Shown here piece by piece: positions 1-13,125 of a stretch of DNA of 64,000 nucleotides. This DNA is from Octopus vulgaris (Eukaryota): NCBI GenBank assembly GCA_951406725.2, contig OX597830.1:57288001-57352000 (forward strand). Reading direction: 5' to 3'. The notes below the pieces were generated by a model. The model made no database searches and was not told the origin of the DNA. It was given only the letters and a program-made list of their open reading frames with translations. A program made the position numbers and the translations under genes. Every line of letters begins with the position of its first letter. Position 1 is the first letter of the stretch.

Positions 1-380
1 ACTTTCTGGCACCTTGTGTATCTTCTATTATACTATAGCCCTAGGCCAGACAAAGCCTTGAGAGCGGATTTTGTAAAGAAAAACAGAAAGAAGCCCGTCA
101 TGTGTGTGTGTGTGTGTGTGTGAATGCATGTGTGCATGTTACTGTCTCCTTACCTTGACATTGCATGACAGTATTAAACAAGTGTCACCATCATACAAGC
201 AGTGTTCTGTGTTTCCAATCTTCCGTGAAAACATGTCTGGTCTGGGGAAATATTACTTTACATGGAAACAGATGAGGGTTTGTGACAGGAAGGCCAACCA
301 AATATAGAAAATCTACCACAGCCAATTCCATCTGATGCATGTGAATGTGGGGAAGCAGACATTAGAAAAACGATGATAAT
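1..380 (+). mobile_element. tRNA-derived CORE-type SINE (family A), 5'-truncated by the window edge, with internal (TG)n and RTE-like tail
   Basis: GGCACCTTG...CTATAGCC...CAAAGCCTTG...GAAAGAAGCCCGTC body shared with ~10 other copies in the window; tail matches 42020-42320. Confidence 0.75.
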
Positions 381-555
381 TCATCGGTTCCATTATTGCT
401 TTATGTTATTCATTTTCATCTTTTTTTTTTGTCTTCTCATACTGCAAAAGTATTTGTTGAAGTAGTTTTCTTTCTGTTTTGTTTTGTTTTATTTTGACTG
501 TATTTTAATAGATGAATGTTCTTTCTAATAATTGTAGAGTTGGAGTAGACATGAG

Positions 556-690
556 ACTATTTACATTGTTTACATTTGACGGATATTTGTCCTCATCTTG
601 TTTGTTGTTAACACAATGTTTCGGCTGATATACCCTCCAGCCTTCATCAGGTGTCTTGGAGAAATTTCGAACTTGGGTTCTCATTCCTGG
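556..690 (-). mobile_element. 3' half of hammerhead-bearing SINE (family H)
   Basis: Near-identical to 43488-43625 (+) and 56092-56220 (-). Confidence 0.85.
610..655 (-). ncRNA. Minimal type I hammerhead ribozyme
   Basis: Minus strand: GACAC CTGATGA A GGCTG(loop)CAGCC GAAA CATT GTGTT; stem I GACAC/GTGTT, stem II GGCTG/CAGCC. Confidence 0.75.
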
Positions 691-761
691 GGTATTATTT
701 GATGTTATTGTTATTATTATTATTATTATTTTTATTATCATTATTGAATTATTATTGAATT

Positions 762-935
762 TGGAGGACAGCCAGAATAGAAGTAACAGTACTAACCACA
801 AGATTCCGAGTTCAATTCCAGGCAGTGACCTAAACAACGACGTCGGCAGCGGCGGCGGCGAAAAATACCCCAGGAGTGAGAACCCAAGTTCAAAATTTCC
901 CCAAGACACCTAATGAAGGTTGGAGGGTATATCAC
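762..935 (+). mobile_element. Family H SINE: partial tRNA head plus truncated hammerhead
   Basis: B-box-like GAGTTCAATTCC, then GGCAGTGACC and GAGAACCCAAGTTC...GACACCTAATGAAGG; inverted relative to 628-690. Confidence 0.75.
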
Positions 936-1284
936 AATTTTTCCTTGTGGAGAGACACATCACAAATAACCTTTGTAAGATCTGCATTTAGAATTATATG
1001 AGTTACCAGCTATGCACCACTTCCAACTTACAGCCATATGATAATGATCTCTAACTTTGGCACAATGTCACATATTTAGAGAAGAGGTACTGAATGTAGA
1101 AGATTCAAAATTTTAGTCATTTTTAGGATTAATTATTTTGTCAACTTAACAGAGATGAAAGGCAAATTTCCCACCAGGCATGTCATCTCAGAACATTGAA
1201 GTCCTTTACTAAAATACTTCTTCAAACTCTTTTAACCAACCACTCTGCTCTTTCTGTCACTTAGCCATCTCAATAATAACAATA

Positions 1285-1497
1285 ATCCTTTCTACTATAG
1301 GCACTAGGCCTGAAATTTGAGGCAAAGGGGTCAGTCAATTACACCCAGTGCTACTCAACTGGTACTTATTTCACTGACCCCCAAAAGAATGAAAAGCAAA
1401 ATTTTCTTCAGAGGAATTTGAACTCAGAACATAAAGATAGACAAAATGCTGCCAAGCATTTTGCCCAGCATACCTACAAATCTGTCAGCTTGCAACC
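1285..1497 (-). mobile_element. tRNA-derived SINE family B (Nin/Deu-like central domain)
   Basis: ACTGGTACTT...GACCCC...GAATGAAAAGCAAA...GAATTTGAACTCAG, reverse complement of the intact copy at 24664; a more decayed copy lies at ~1050-1265. Confidence 0.8.
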
Positions 1498-1505
1498 TTA
1501 ATAAA

Positions 1506-1561
<56 letters not shown>

Positions 1562-1587
1562 TAATAATAATAATAATAATAATAATG

Positions 1588-2065
1588 CATTCTTTATTAA
1601 CCACAGGGGTTGACAAAAAAGTCAAGGACATTACAGGACGATATATGGAAAAATATTTAAACAAGGGAAATAACAAAATCAAAATAAAGTCTCCAAAACA
1701 AGGGGGAGACTTTTGAGGGCGACTTGTAGAAACCTCCCAAAAGCCACAGTCACCCTGACCACTAAAGGCAAGTATTCTCTCCCAGTTATCCTCCTCCAGT
1801 TTACAGACACAGTCACTCAGACTATGCTCACCTCTCTCATCTACCTTTCAACAGATTTGTCAGTCAACAGCACTTCCCTCTCTGCCCTCATTTTCATTTT
1901 CAAGCTTGAAGAAGTTAAAGACAGCTTGGTCAAAGGGATTTGCAAACCTTTCAATCCAATCCATCACACCTCTTTCACAAAAGCCACCAGATTGATAAAG
2001 ACTACTTGCCCTTCCCATCCAAAGAAAAGGAGCCAGAACACTTTTCAAAATAGACTCAGCTGATA
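1588..2065 (-). mobile_element. L1/Tx1-like LINE 3' fragment
   Basis: Decayed frame FINLVAFVKEV*W...KMKMRAEREVL...ER*, followed by AATAAA and an (ATT)n tail. Confidence 0.5.
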
Positions 2066-2075
2066 ACCAGATCTA

Positions 2076-2114
<39 letters not shown>

Positions 2115-2119
2115 TGCTT

Positions 2120-2287
2120 TTTATTTAGAGATAAGGCCAAAAGTACTAGACTGTTGTTTATTTTCTTGACCCCTCCCCAAGGGTTGAAAGGCAAAGCTGA
2201 CTTCAGCAGGAATTGAAACCAGAATGTAGAGATAGAAGAAATACTGCAAAGCATTTTTCCACCATTCTAATGATTCTGCCAGCTCAT
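2120..2287 (-). mobile_element. SINE family B
   Basis: TTGACCCC...GAAAGGCAAAGCTGAC...GAATTGAAACCAGAA...GATTCTGCCAGCTC. Confidence 0.75.
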
Positions 2288-2503
2288 TGCATTTTTTTCT
2301 TTCTTTCTTTTTCTATGGTAACACAAAGAAGCAAATATGAGAATTGTAAATATATTGGCAAGACTTTAAGGCAGGCAGTGATGAGGAGGAGGAGGAGGGG
2401 CAGCAAGTAAGGAGGAGGGAGAGACATTATGGGTTGTGTGTGTGTTACAGTCAAAGACACAGAACAATTACAAAGATCATAATGCATTCAATGGATAACA
2501 ATA

Positions 2504-2538
<35 letters not shown>

Positions 2539-3329
2539 AAATTCTTACATAAGAATAACAATTAAGGAAGATGATTTGGTATATTCTTAACAATCATGCT
2601 TCTTCTTTGATAGAGAGCCAAGAAACCATCTTGCAAAGGTATATAAACTAAGCATTACACCACAAAGAATAACAACAACAACAATTAAATTATTCTAATA
2701 ATAATCCTTTCATATGCAACCATAAAACCTTCAACAAAGGCATGATGTATTGGACATGTAGAGTTATAATTCTTTCCTAATATAATGATAGGAATTTTAA
2801 TGGGGTTTTTTTGTTTTTTTTCCACAAAGCCACAAAACCTGAGACTTAAAAAAAAGAGAATTGGTAATGAGTTGCAGACTTAGCTCACTAAACAAAAAAT
2901 AATTTTTAAGGTTGGCACAAGGGCAGGAGTTTTGTGGAGTTTGAGGGAAAACAGCAATTAAATTTACTTCAGTTCTTGACTGGTAATTCATCCCGAGATC
3001 CAACCACATTACGCAATTAGCCCATCATAATTATATTTTTGGACATACGGTAGTAAGCAAGGGAAGAAGAATCTATTAATAGTGACCCCACCAAAAAGAA
3101 TTTTGACATATTTTCTCAACTGTAGAAAGATAAATGGCAAGTCACCTAGCCACCCGCAACAAGATTTGAACTGAAGGGATCACACAGATGTAGCCAGATA
3201 TGCCTCGAGGCATTTTCTCCACTCTTCTACAGATGCAATCACAGCAAACCTAACAATGAGAGATTTTCAATCATTATGTTTCAAAGGAAAATGTTATTCA
3301 AAGAAACATGGAAAATATTTAATTATATA

Positions 3330-3494
3330 GGCACAGGTGTGGCTGTGTGGTAAGAAGCTTGCTTCCCAACCACATGGTTCTGGGTTCACTCCCACAGCAT
3401 GACACCTTGGGCAGGTGTCCTCTACTATAACCTCAGGCCGACCAAAGCCTTGAGAGTAAATTTGATAGATGGAGATTGAAAGAAGCAAGTCATG

Positions 3495-3535
<41 letters not shown>

Positions 3536-3539
3536 ATAC

Positions 3540-3590
<51 letters not shown>

Positions 3591-3760
3591 CGTCTATGTT
3601 CCCATAACTTAGCAGTTCAGCAAAAGAGACTGATAGAATAAGTACAACGCTTAAAAATAAGTCCTGGGATCAATTCATTCAACTAAAAATTCTTCAAGGC
3701 AGTGCCCCAGCATGGCCGCAGCCTAATGGCTGAAATAAGTGAAGGAATAAAAGATAAAAG
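3330..3760 (+). mobile_element. SINE family A, full length
   Basis: A-box TGGCTGTGTGG, B-box GGTTCACTCC, CORE-like CCTTGGGCAGGT, internal microsatellite, tail CCCCAGCATGGCCGCAG...AAAAGATAAAAG. Confidence 0.85.
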
Positions 3761-4219
3761 ATGTAGGAGAGATGCATTGAGGAGCCCAGTTTCAGTTTGG
3801 CAGAAGTTGTTGTTATGCTTCTTCATGGTTGAGTAATTTCTTCTGCTTTTTTGAAGAAAATAAAGGTTTCATGTTTATGTATTTCAAATATATCAAAAGC
3901 CCTTTGGAGAGAAACAGTTGTTTGAAAAAATAGTTTTATACAAGAGAATTTATTAGAATCAGTGTAAATTTGATATTGTAATATAAAAATTTGATGCAGG
4001 AACATTATTCATACATATTTGTGTGTGTGAAGAGAGAAGAGGAGAGAGTTTTAATATTCAAAAACAGAAAGTACTTCTGCACATTGGTAAAAAGTCCAGG
4101 GAAATGTAAAATAAAATGATTATAAAACTGCACTATTAATACAGCACAAACAATGGCATTCTAAGAACTTATCTGCACAAGCTAAGAAAAACATTAAATT
4201 AAAATTTCATAGAAAATGT

Positions 4220-4398
4220 GGACAGGAGTGGCTATGTGGTAAGTATCTTGCTTTCCAACCACAGGGTTCCGAGTTCGATCCCACTACATGGCACCTTGGG
4301 CAAGTGTCTTCTATAGCCTTGGGCCAACCAAAGCCTTGTGAGTGGATTTCGTAGACAGAAAGACAGAAACTGAAAGAAGCCCGTTGTATATATGTATA

Positions 4399-4444
<46 letters not shown>

Positions 4445-4490
4445 CCAGCAGCATGGCTGCAGTCAAATGACTGAAACAAATAAAAGAAAA
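4220..4490 (+). mobile_element. SINE family A
   Basis: GGAGTGGCTATGTGGTAAG...GAGTTCGATCCC...CCTTGGGCAAGTG. Confidence 0.85.
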
Positions 4491-4500
4491 GTCATTTTGA

Positions 4501-4705
4501 CCCTTTACCATTCAGACTGATTTCTCAAATATAATCCTTATTTATCCACAGTGTTTTGAATTAATCATGCATAATCTAGCAGCTTTAAGATGTGATTGTT
4601 TATTTTTAGAATGACATTGTAGGTTAGGTGTGAGAGACTGGATCCAGCTGCTTTGAACATAAAGCATATTTGGGCCCAGATATGGCTGGCTTAAATGCAA
4701 AAGGG
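4501..4705. mobile_element. piggyBac-type MITE
   Basis: CCCTTTACCATT...AATGCAAAAGGG termini; homologous to 6337-6552. Confidence 0.7.
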
Positions 4706-5123
4706 TAAATGACTTATGTTTCAGTAAGTTTTATATATATCTATGACATACTGCTCACATATTTATTAAATATTGCAGTCATAACAGCAACATACTATAT
4801 TTGTAGTTATTTCATAATATGGAACTCACAACATAATATTCATGCTCTCAGACATTTTCATTCTGTGGATATGGATATATCATCATCATCATCATATGCC
4901 CATTTTCCATTGTGGCAAACCAGGCTCCAGTTGTCTGTTTTGACATGGTTTCTCTGAGTGGATGCCCTTCCTAATGCCAACCACTTTACAGAGTGGAGTG
5001 GGTGCTTTTTATGTGGTGATGTATGTTTGTTGTTTCTATGTCTCTTTCTCTCTTTTCAAATAAATTTAACAATTGTTTCAGTGGGATTTTGAACAGATAA
5101 AGTATAAAATTCCACTTTATCCA

Positions 5124-5158
<35 letters not shown>

Positions 5159-5161
5159 GTA

Positions 5162-5385
5162 CAGAGTTGGCCAAAAGTCACCCGACAGTAAATCAAAATT
5201 CCATAAATACTATCTGTAGTTCTATATTGACTCGAATGGGAAAATGTGTTGCTCAAGAAGGACTTCAGTTCGAACAATTTTCATGATGTTTCATATTTAG
5301 ATGCTTTTTATTAAATTCATTCAGTTGATAAATCTTGGAATTAAATGGGTTCCATTTACTGCCAGGTGACTTTTGGCCAGCCCTG
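5162..5385 (+). mobile_element. Tc1/mariner-type MITE
   Basis: ~32-bp TIRs CAGAGTTGGCCAAAAGTCACC / GGTGACTTTTGGCCAGCCCTG, TA on both sides; internal KCVAQEGLQFEQ resembles a transposase C-terminus. Confidence 0.8.
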
Positions 5386-5442
5386 TATATGTGTGTGTGT
5401 GTGAGCGAGAGAGAGAGAGAAAGAGAGTTTGTATTGGTTTGT

Positions 5443-5482
<40 letters not shown>

Positions 5483-5811
5483 CATGTGATATTCCTGTCT
5501 GTGGAAGCATGAAGAAGAATATAAAACATGGGGTGTGAAGAACACTGGATATTGTGACAGAAGAAACAAAATGTATTATTTTCAAAGAGAGAAAAGTCAC
5601 TTGAACTATTTTCAGGATTTTAATCAGTAAAAAGTAACATCAAATGCATCAATTTGTGAAAGAAAGGCCATTCTGGAATACGAATTTAAGAAATTATAAA
5701 ACTTGCATATAATTTCATAATTGTTTGTTTTGTGCATAAATAATTCTTCCTTCAAAACAATTGTAAATTAATTTTTTTCTCTTCGATAATTTAAATTACA
5801 TATGTATGTGT

Positions 5812-5852
<41 letters not shown>

Positions 5853-6336
5853 TTCATAAACAATTGGACAAGGCACTGACAGCTCTTGCTAGAATCTAAG
5901 ATGTCTAAAAGTCTGTAGACTTGAAGCGAAAGATATATAATATATTGTGGAAAATGGTGATGATTGATGTTTTATAATATAAGAAAATTATATTTTATTA
6001 GATATGAAAATTATATTTCATTATCATAATTATAGATATCATAATTATAGATATCATAATCATCATCATCATTATTATTATTATTAATATTATGCACCAT
6101 GTTCATTTGTTATTTTATAAAGAAGTTGTAAAGACTAAATAATTCATTCAGCCTTTATAATGAGTGGAATAAACTGATTCAGTCCCTCTTTTGGTTTTGC
6201 CTTTGTCATAAGACCATCATTTCAAAGCTGACTTTATAGCATTTTAGGAACATCGTGCATTGAGCAAAGTGACATTGTAGTTGTTAGTATGGAATGCAAA
6301 GAGCAGATTTGTTATCTTTGAGTCACTATTTCTTAA

Positions 6337-6552
6337 CCCTTTAACATTCAGATTCTTCTGTCAAATTTAATGTCTATTGATTGATATTGTCTTGAATTAG
6401 TCACACATCGTCTTATAGCTGTGAGATTTCGATGCTATGATTGTAAATTTTTAGAACGACATTGCAGGATAGGTGTAAGAGGCCACATCTTGACAGTCAG
6501 AACATAAAACAGAATATTTTGGCCAGATACAGCCTGTTTAAATGTGAAAGGG
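6337..6552. mobile_element. piggyBac-type MITE with TTAA target duplication
   Basis: TTAA-CCCTTTAACATT...AATGTGAAAGGG-TTAA; relatives at ~6855-7075, 33390-33460, 34660-34840. Confidence 0.8.
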
Positions 6553-7504
6553 TTAAGACAAAGCCACAAGTAAACATTAATAATGGAAAAATTAGTCAAT
6601 TAACAAAGACCCACTTCCTGGTATTTCTCAATCTTGGAAAGAAGAAAGGCAACATCAACCCCTTACAAGATTTGAACTTTCAAGATTACAGGGGCATAAC
6701 AAGATACTGCAAGGAATTTTGGTCAACTGTTCTACAGAGTCTATCATGATAATAAAATTAATATTTGAAAGAAATGTGAAAAGAATGTCATCATGAAAGC
6801 TAGTGTGTGTGTGTTTACATATAGGAAGTGTATTTCTTAAAAGACACTTGTGATCCTTTGGCTCTTTTGTATTCAGAACATTCAGGCAAATGTCATGTTT
6901 ATTTGTTTTGAATTAATCAAGCATTGTCTTGTAGCTTCAAGATTTTGATGATGTGATTGTTTATTTTTAGAAGGACATTGTAGGATAGGCGTGAGAGGCT
7001 GAATCAGACCAGTTTGAACATACAACAGGTAGAATAGTTAAGCCGGTTATGGCCAGTTTAAATGCTAAGCAGATTAAACAAAGGAATAAACTGTAAATAC
7101 ATTTAGGTGAAGGATTAGAAGAATGGATTTCAAAAATGTAAGATAAAAAGAGATTCTGAAAACTGCAAATGATTTTGTGAGAAATAAACGAATGGTGGGG
7201 TTGGAGAAAGAGAGAGAGAGAGGGTGTGTGTGTAGCTATACACACTCAAAATGTCAACAATAATTAAGGCCTGAAAATATAAGAAAACTATATCATTTCA
7301 TTAATTACAAAGTAGTGATAAACAAAAAGTTGTTTATGTGAAAAACTTCAAAACATTCCAATTCCATTTTATTTTGTCCAGATTTTCATTGAAATTATTT
7401 AAAAATAATATTAGTTGTGGGGTGTGGTGGTTTAAACAGGAAGAGCCTATACCCCTATACCCAACTTCACTTGCCATTTGCTTTTTATCAAAACCAGGCA
7501 GGTA

Positions 7505-7696
7505 TTCTTTTATTTGTTTCAGTCATTTGACTGGGGCCATGTTGGGGCACTCCCTTGAGTTGAACAGATTGATCCCAGGACTTATTCTTTGTAAGCCTAG
7601 TATTTATTCTATTGGTTCTTTTGCTGAACCGCTAAGTTATGGGGACGTAAACACACCATCAACGGTTGTCAAGCGATGGTGATAGGGACAGACACA

Positions 7697-7732
<36 letters not shown>

Positions 7733-7891
7733 ACAGACTTCTTTCAGTTTCCATCAAACAAATCCTCTCATAAGACTTTGGTTGGCCCAAGGCTATAGTA
7801 GAAGACACTTGCCTAAGGTGCCACACAGTGGGACTGAACTCAGAACTATGTGGTTGGAAAGCAAGCTACTTTCCACACAGCCACTCCTGCA

Positions 7892-7893
<2 letters not shown>
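7505..7893 (-). mobile_element. SINE family A
   Basis: Reverse complement of head, CORE and tail seen at 3330. Confidence 0.85.
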
Positions 7894-7932
<39 letters not shown>

Positions 7933-7959
7933 TTTTGAATTTTATATTTTATATATTTT

Positions 7960-8033
7960 TTTTTTATTTTATTTCTATGTATTGGTTTATGATTTTCACT
8001 GTTTGATTTGCCGAATAGTGGTTTTATCTCTAA

Positions 8034-8040
<7 letters not shown>
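7960..8040 (+). mobile_element. 3' fragment of the hammerhead fold-back family, in (TA)n
   Basis: TGTTTGATTTGCCGAATAGTGGTTTTATCTCTAATTTAATA matches 44287-44327; shorter fragment at ~37820-37850. Confidence 0.75.
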
Positions 8041-8071
<31 letters not shown>

Positions 8072-8184
8072 GGTGAAGTTGGGAGAGAGAGAGGACTTAG
8101 TTATGAACTAATCAACCAATCAACATACTTTTCCCCTCAAAAATTATTTAATGTCAAATTTTTCCTGAAATATTTTCCACATAT

Positions 8185-8566
8185 AGGCAGAGACATGGCT
8201 GTGTGGTAAGAAGCTTAATTCTCAACCTCATGGTTCCAGGTTCAGTCCCACTGCATGAAACCTTGGGCAAATGTCTTCGATTGTAGTCCCAGACTGACCA
8301 AAGCCTTGTGAGTGAATTTGGTAGGCAGAAATTGAAAGAAGCCAGTTGTGTGTGTGGTGGTGGTGGGGGGGGTGTTTGTTTCTTTCCACTGCTTGACAAC
8401 TGGTGTTGGTTTGTTTACATTCTAGCAGTTCAGCAAAAGAAACCATTAGAACAAGTACCAGGCTTAAAAGGAAAAGTACAGGAATCAATTCGTTCAACTA
8501 GAAGTCTTTCAAGGTGTTGCCCCAGCATGGCCGCAGTCTAAGACTGAAACAAGTAAAACATAGAAA
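8185..8566 (+). mobile_element. SINE family A
   Basis: TGGCTGTGTGGTAAG...GGTTCAGTCCC...CCTTGGGCAAATG...CCCCAGCATGGCCGCAG. Confidence 0.85.
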
Positions 8567-8811
8567 ATTAAAGATAATCTTCCCTAATCGATAAAATAAA
8601 ATTTTGTTTTTGTTCTGTTTTTATATTCAGTTTGGTTAACTTTATATTATTGTCTTTTGTAACTGAACAGTAAACCCTGAATTGGAAATTGGAAGAAATG
8701 GTTGAACTCTTGAGAGTAAGGCATACAGAGTTATGAGCCTTGTCCAAAGGGAAATCAAAGTTTACAATCATAACTTAGTGGTCATGGGGTTCAAAGTGTG
8801 TGTGTGTGTAT

Positions 8812-9325
8812 ATCATCATCGTCGTCGTCACTTAATGTCCACTTTCCATGCTGGCATGGGTTGGACAGTTTGAGGACTGGTAAGCCAGAAGGCTGCACCA
8901 GGCTCAATCTGATCTGGAAACGTTTCTATAGCTGGATGCCCTTACTAATGCCAACCACTCCAAGAGTGTAGTGGGTACTTTTACGTGCCAGTCAGGCAGT
9001 TCTGGCAAGGACCATGCTCAAAAAGTGTTTCTTACATGCTACCTGCACAGGAGCCAGTTTGGCAGCACTGGCAACGACCATGCTCGAATGCTGTTTTACA
9101 TGTGCCGGTAAGGCAACGCTGGCAATGATCACACTTGAATGGTGCTTTTTACGTTCCACTGGCACGGAGCCAATCCATGGCCCTGGCAACAAACATGCTC
9201 AGATGTGCTTTTAACGTTCCACTGGCACAAGTGCCAATCAGGCAGTACTGTCATCAGCCATGCAGTGACTTTGATTTGATTTCACTTGCCTCAATAGGTC
9301 TTTGCAAGCAAAGTTTATTGTCCAA
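8812..9325 (-). mobile_element. Repeat family C (RTE-related tail) with decayed internal minisatellite
   Basis: CCATGCTGGCATGGGTTGG...CTGGATGCCCTT...GCCAACCACTCC; same family at 4875, 35065, 36584, 40197, 43640, 55540, 62400. Confidence 0.8.
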
Positions 9326-9789
9326 TGAGTATATATATATATACATATTGTAATCCAAGTTTAATCATGAAATAAGTTTAATAATAAGTATCTTTTATTT
9401 ATTTAAATAGTTTTAAAATTTTATTTCTTTTTTTGTGTTCATTATTTTTCTTCAGTGAATCTATAATCTTCACCAAACAGAAACTATGACACTTTCAATG
9501 TCTTGTATTCCAATGGAAATAAAAGAAAAAGACAAAACAAAACTAGTTCTGGTTGATGTAGCAACTGAATAAAATTAATAATAAATGTTAACATAGGTCC
9601 CAGGCCATAAATATATATGGGAAGTGTGAGCAGTTAGACAAAACAAACATATTCATGGATGGTTGTGACTTCATTGAAGACAGAGGTTCACTTGTTGACA
9701 AGACTGGAGTATCAAATGTAAAGAGAATGGTACTCCTCTAATTCCACCAATGACCACAGATTTTAAAGATAATAATAATAATAATAATA

Positions 9790-10089
9790 ATCCTTTCTAC
9801 TATAGGCACAAGGCCTGAAATTTTGGGGGAAGGGGTCAGTGGATTAGACCGACTCCAGTACACAACTGGTACTTAATTTATCAACCCTGAAAGGATACAA
9901 GGCATGAAATTTGGAGAGAGGGGGGGGCAGTCGATTAGATCGACCCCAGTACGCAACTGGTACTTATCGACCCCGAAAAGATGAAAGGCAATGTCGACCT
10001 CGGCAGAATTTGAACTCAGAACATAGCAACATGTGAAATACCACTAAGCATTTCGTCCTGCGTGCTAACAATTCTGCCAGCTTGCCGCC

Positions 10090-10128
<39 letters not shown>

Positions 10129-10740
10129 GTTTCAAATTTTGCCACAAGGGCAGCACGGTTGGGGGAGAGGGATAGTTGACCGCATAGACCCCAGTGCTCA
10201 ACTGGTACTTATTTTATTGACCCCAAAAGGGTGAAAGGCAAAGTCAACCTCAGCAGAATTTGAACTCAGAATGAAGAGACAGACAAAATACCGTTAAACA
10301 TTTTTGCTAAGGATTCTGCCAATTCACGTTCATCGTCATCAATAATAATAGCACTTTGTACTGGAGGCACAAGGCCTCAAATTTTCTTGGTAGGGGAGGG
10401 GACTAGTCAATTACATTGCCCCCCCCTTTCACTGGTACTTAATTTATCAGCCCTGAAAGGAAGAAAGGTAAAGTCAACCTCAGCAGAATTTGAACTCGGA
10501 ACGTAGCCACAAGTGAAATACTGCTAAGCATTTCGTCCAGTGCACTAACGAATCTGCCGGCTCACCATGATGATGATGATGATGATGATTTAAGCACAGG
10601 GCCAGCAATTTTGAATGAGGGAGTTAGTTCTTGCCTCAGAAAGATGAAAGGTAAAGTTGACCTTGTGAGATCTGAACTCTGAATGTAAAGAATCTGAAGA
10701 ATTACTGGTATTTTGTCTGACATTCTAACAATTTTGCCAA
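9790..10740 (-). mobile_element. Stack of five co-oriented family B SINEs
   Basis: Repeated GACCCCAGT...ACTGGTACTT...GAAAGGCAAAGTC...GAATTTGAACTC units, mostly separated by (AAT)n or (GAT)n. Confidence 0.85.
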
Positions 10741-11616
10741 GTCTCAGAGAGAGAGAGATCTAAGCCTATTGACCAAATACTGTTAGGAGGACCAGCAAGC
10801 GCCTTCCAACCAAAGTACCAATCACAAAAGACAATAATATAACCCTAAAAGAAATGGAGGAATGATCCATTATAGATTTGTGGAAATAGAGATAATCTGA
10901 ATGTAGAAAGTGAAAACACAAATAATCCCTACAATAATAAGTATTTTTTGAATGATAAATGAAATGTATAGGCAGGGCCCCGGGACTTACACAATTTCAA
11001 CAGAATAATACCACGAGGCACTGCACATGCTACATAGTTTTAACAGGAAACGCAAAGCCAAAAACAAACAACACATACCCAAGGCAGACGAAGCTGCATT
11101 GAGAGATGCCATGAATGCATGCAATAAAAATAATACTGGAAAATAATAATAATAATTAAAAGTAGATTTATTTCCAAATGGGAGAAGGAAAAAAAAAAAT
11201 CATGAAAAGAACAAATATAAAAAAAATTTTAATGAAAACATTTCAAGTCTAGATTTTTGCATTGGTATTTGGAATTTTGGATAGAAAATAAAGCAAGGGT
11301 AGCAAAAATGGGCTCAAATAGCTGATATATTAGTGAGATATTTTGCTTGTTACATCAGTATTGTACCATTTAAGAGACAGAATTTATAATGAAGAAATGC
11401 AGTGGAACAACTTCACTGTTATGTAAGTCTTGGGCAGCACAGCACTTGAAAAAGAAAAAAATGTTGTGTGTTTATTCATTGAATGCATGTGTATATGTGT
11501 GTGTGTGTGTGTGCATGTATATGTAATTATATATGTATGTGTTTGTATAAGTATGCATGTATATATATCATATGTGTGTGTATTATATACATATATATGT
11601 GTGTGTGTGTGTGTGT

Positions 11617-11656
<40 letters not shown>

Positions 11657-11689
11657 GTACACGTGTGTTTGTTTGTGTGCGTGTGTATC

Positions 11690-12890
11690 TTTGCAAAGAT
11701 TGGGTGTCTGCCAAGAGTAGTTGACATCACTCATTCATTCCACTTCGGTGCGTGACAGATCTTGAAGACGTCAAATGCAATTGTGGTCTCAAATGGAACC
11801 AAGCAGAGATACATCAATGGTGTAACTTTTGTTTCATTTTGGTATTGTCTTCTCTGCAATGTTCCAGGATGCTTTCTGGGACTGTAGTAAAGGTGTTCCG
11901 GTCAGATCCAGAAGATTGAGTTGTGTCTTTAACCTCAAGCACCCAAGAAGCATGGCTTCTCTATGTTGACAATTCCATGTTGATGCCATATTTCCATGAT
12001 GATGTAGAGTGCTGTAAATAACCACACAAACTTAACAATCGACTACAATCTTGCAAGCAACATTAAGAAGACAGAAATAATGTTCCGATCAATACTGGGC
12101 CCTTAACTTCATGACCCTATCATAAATAGGTGAAGAACAGAAGGTTGCACAGAAGTTCAGCTATCTGATGGCAGGGAGTGACTTTCTTTCAAAGAATGCC
12201 CCATTATAGGCAATGAAATGATGGTACAGATAGAAGAAGCAGGTTTTGCTTTTAGAAGACTGCATTACAGACTCAGATCAAATCATGGAATTTTAAATCA
12301 CAATGACAAACAGACATGGTACTGCTAACATGAGAAAACAATCTAGATCAATTCCACCTAAGTGGCCTCAAGAAAATCTGGTGTCTCAAAGGAGATGGTA
12401 CTTACAACTATATTTGAGCAGTGCCAAACTGAAAAGATTGAAGATCTTCTCAAGAGCTAAATTGAGGGGACAAGACACAATGTTCAAATGCAGGACAGTT
12501 GAATACCAAAACCTCTCTTTGACAGCAGCCAGTCTTTACAAAAAGGCCAACATAAAAGGTATAAGGACATCTTTGAAAACCAACCTCAAAGCATGTCACA
12601 TTTCCACTGATGATTGGAAAAGGTCAGCTCTTAAAGCAATCAGAAAAATTACCAAAGTACTGCACTGGAATAAGATGCTTTGAATGTCATTGTATTAGTG
12701 AGCTCCATGAGTACCGTGTATCTCACTATGCCACAATTCAAGACAACCCCTCACAAGTAAAGATTACGTCTGCCTGGTCTGTCGACATCAATGCCACTCA
12801 CAGGTAGGTCTGATCAACCTTTACAGACATCACAACAACCAAGCAAATTAACTAGAAAGGGAAAGAGATCCATTGGATCACAATGCCTCA
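11690..12890 (+). mobile_element. RTE/BovB-like LINE remnant (RT C-terminal half to 3' end)
   Basis: Decayed motifs LAKIGCLPRVV, NGTKQ, LLYVDN, NIKKTEIMF, IEEAGFAFRRL, GQHKRYKD, LKACHISTDDW and terminal CLVC...GLINLYRHH. Confidence 0.8.
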
Positions 12891-12909
12891 GCCCATCAAT
12901 ATCTGACTA

Positions 12910-13125
12910 GGGTGGTGGAGACGACTGTGATAATCGAATGTAAGACTAAATGCATCACACTTTGTCAAAGAAAACATCAAAAGAGATCAACGAAGCAATC
13001 AACAGCTTCAAGAATATGCATGTCTTACTTATGAATGGGAACAGAGGTGGGCTGATTGTTGCTCGGATCATTGGGAAGTTTGGAAACACATCCAAAAAGT
13101 CCCTCTCACAGGAACAGGTGATATT
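12910..13125 (+). mobile_element. Possible RLE-type non-LTR C-terminal remnant
   Basis: QEYACLTYEWEQRW and IIGKFGNTSK resemble KY..L..E...W / IVIGALGT.PK. Confidence 0.35.

Noticed and set aside
505-913. 134-aa and 85-aa ORFs with a hydrophobic stretch
   Set aside because: Composed of family H repeat and (ATT)n sequence
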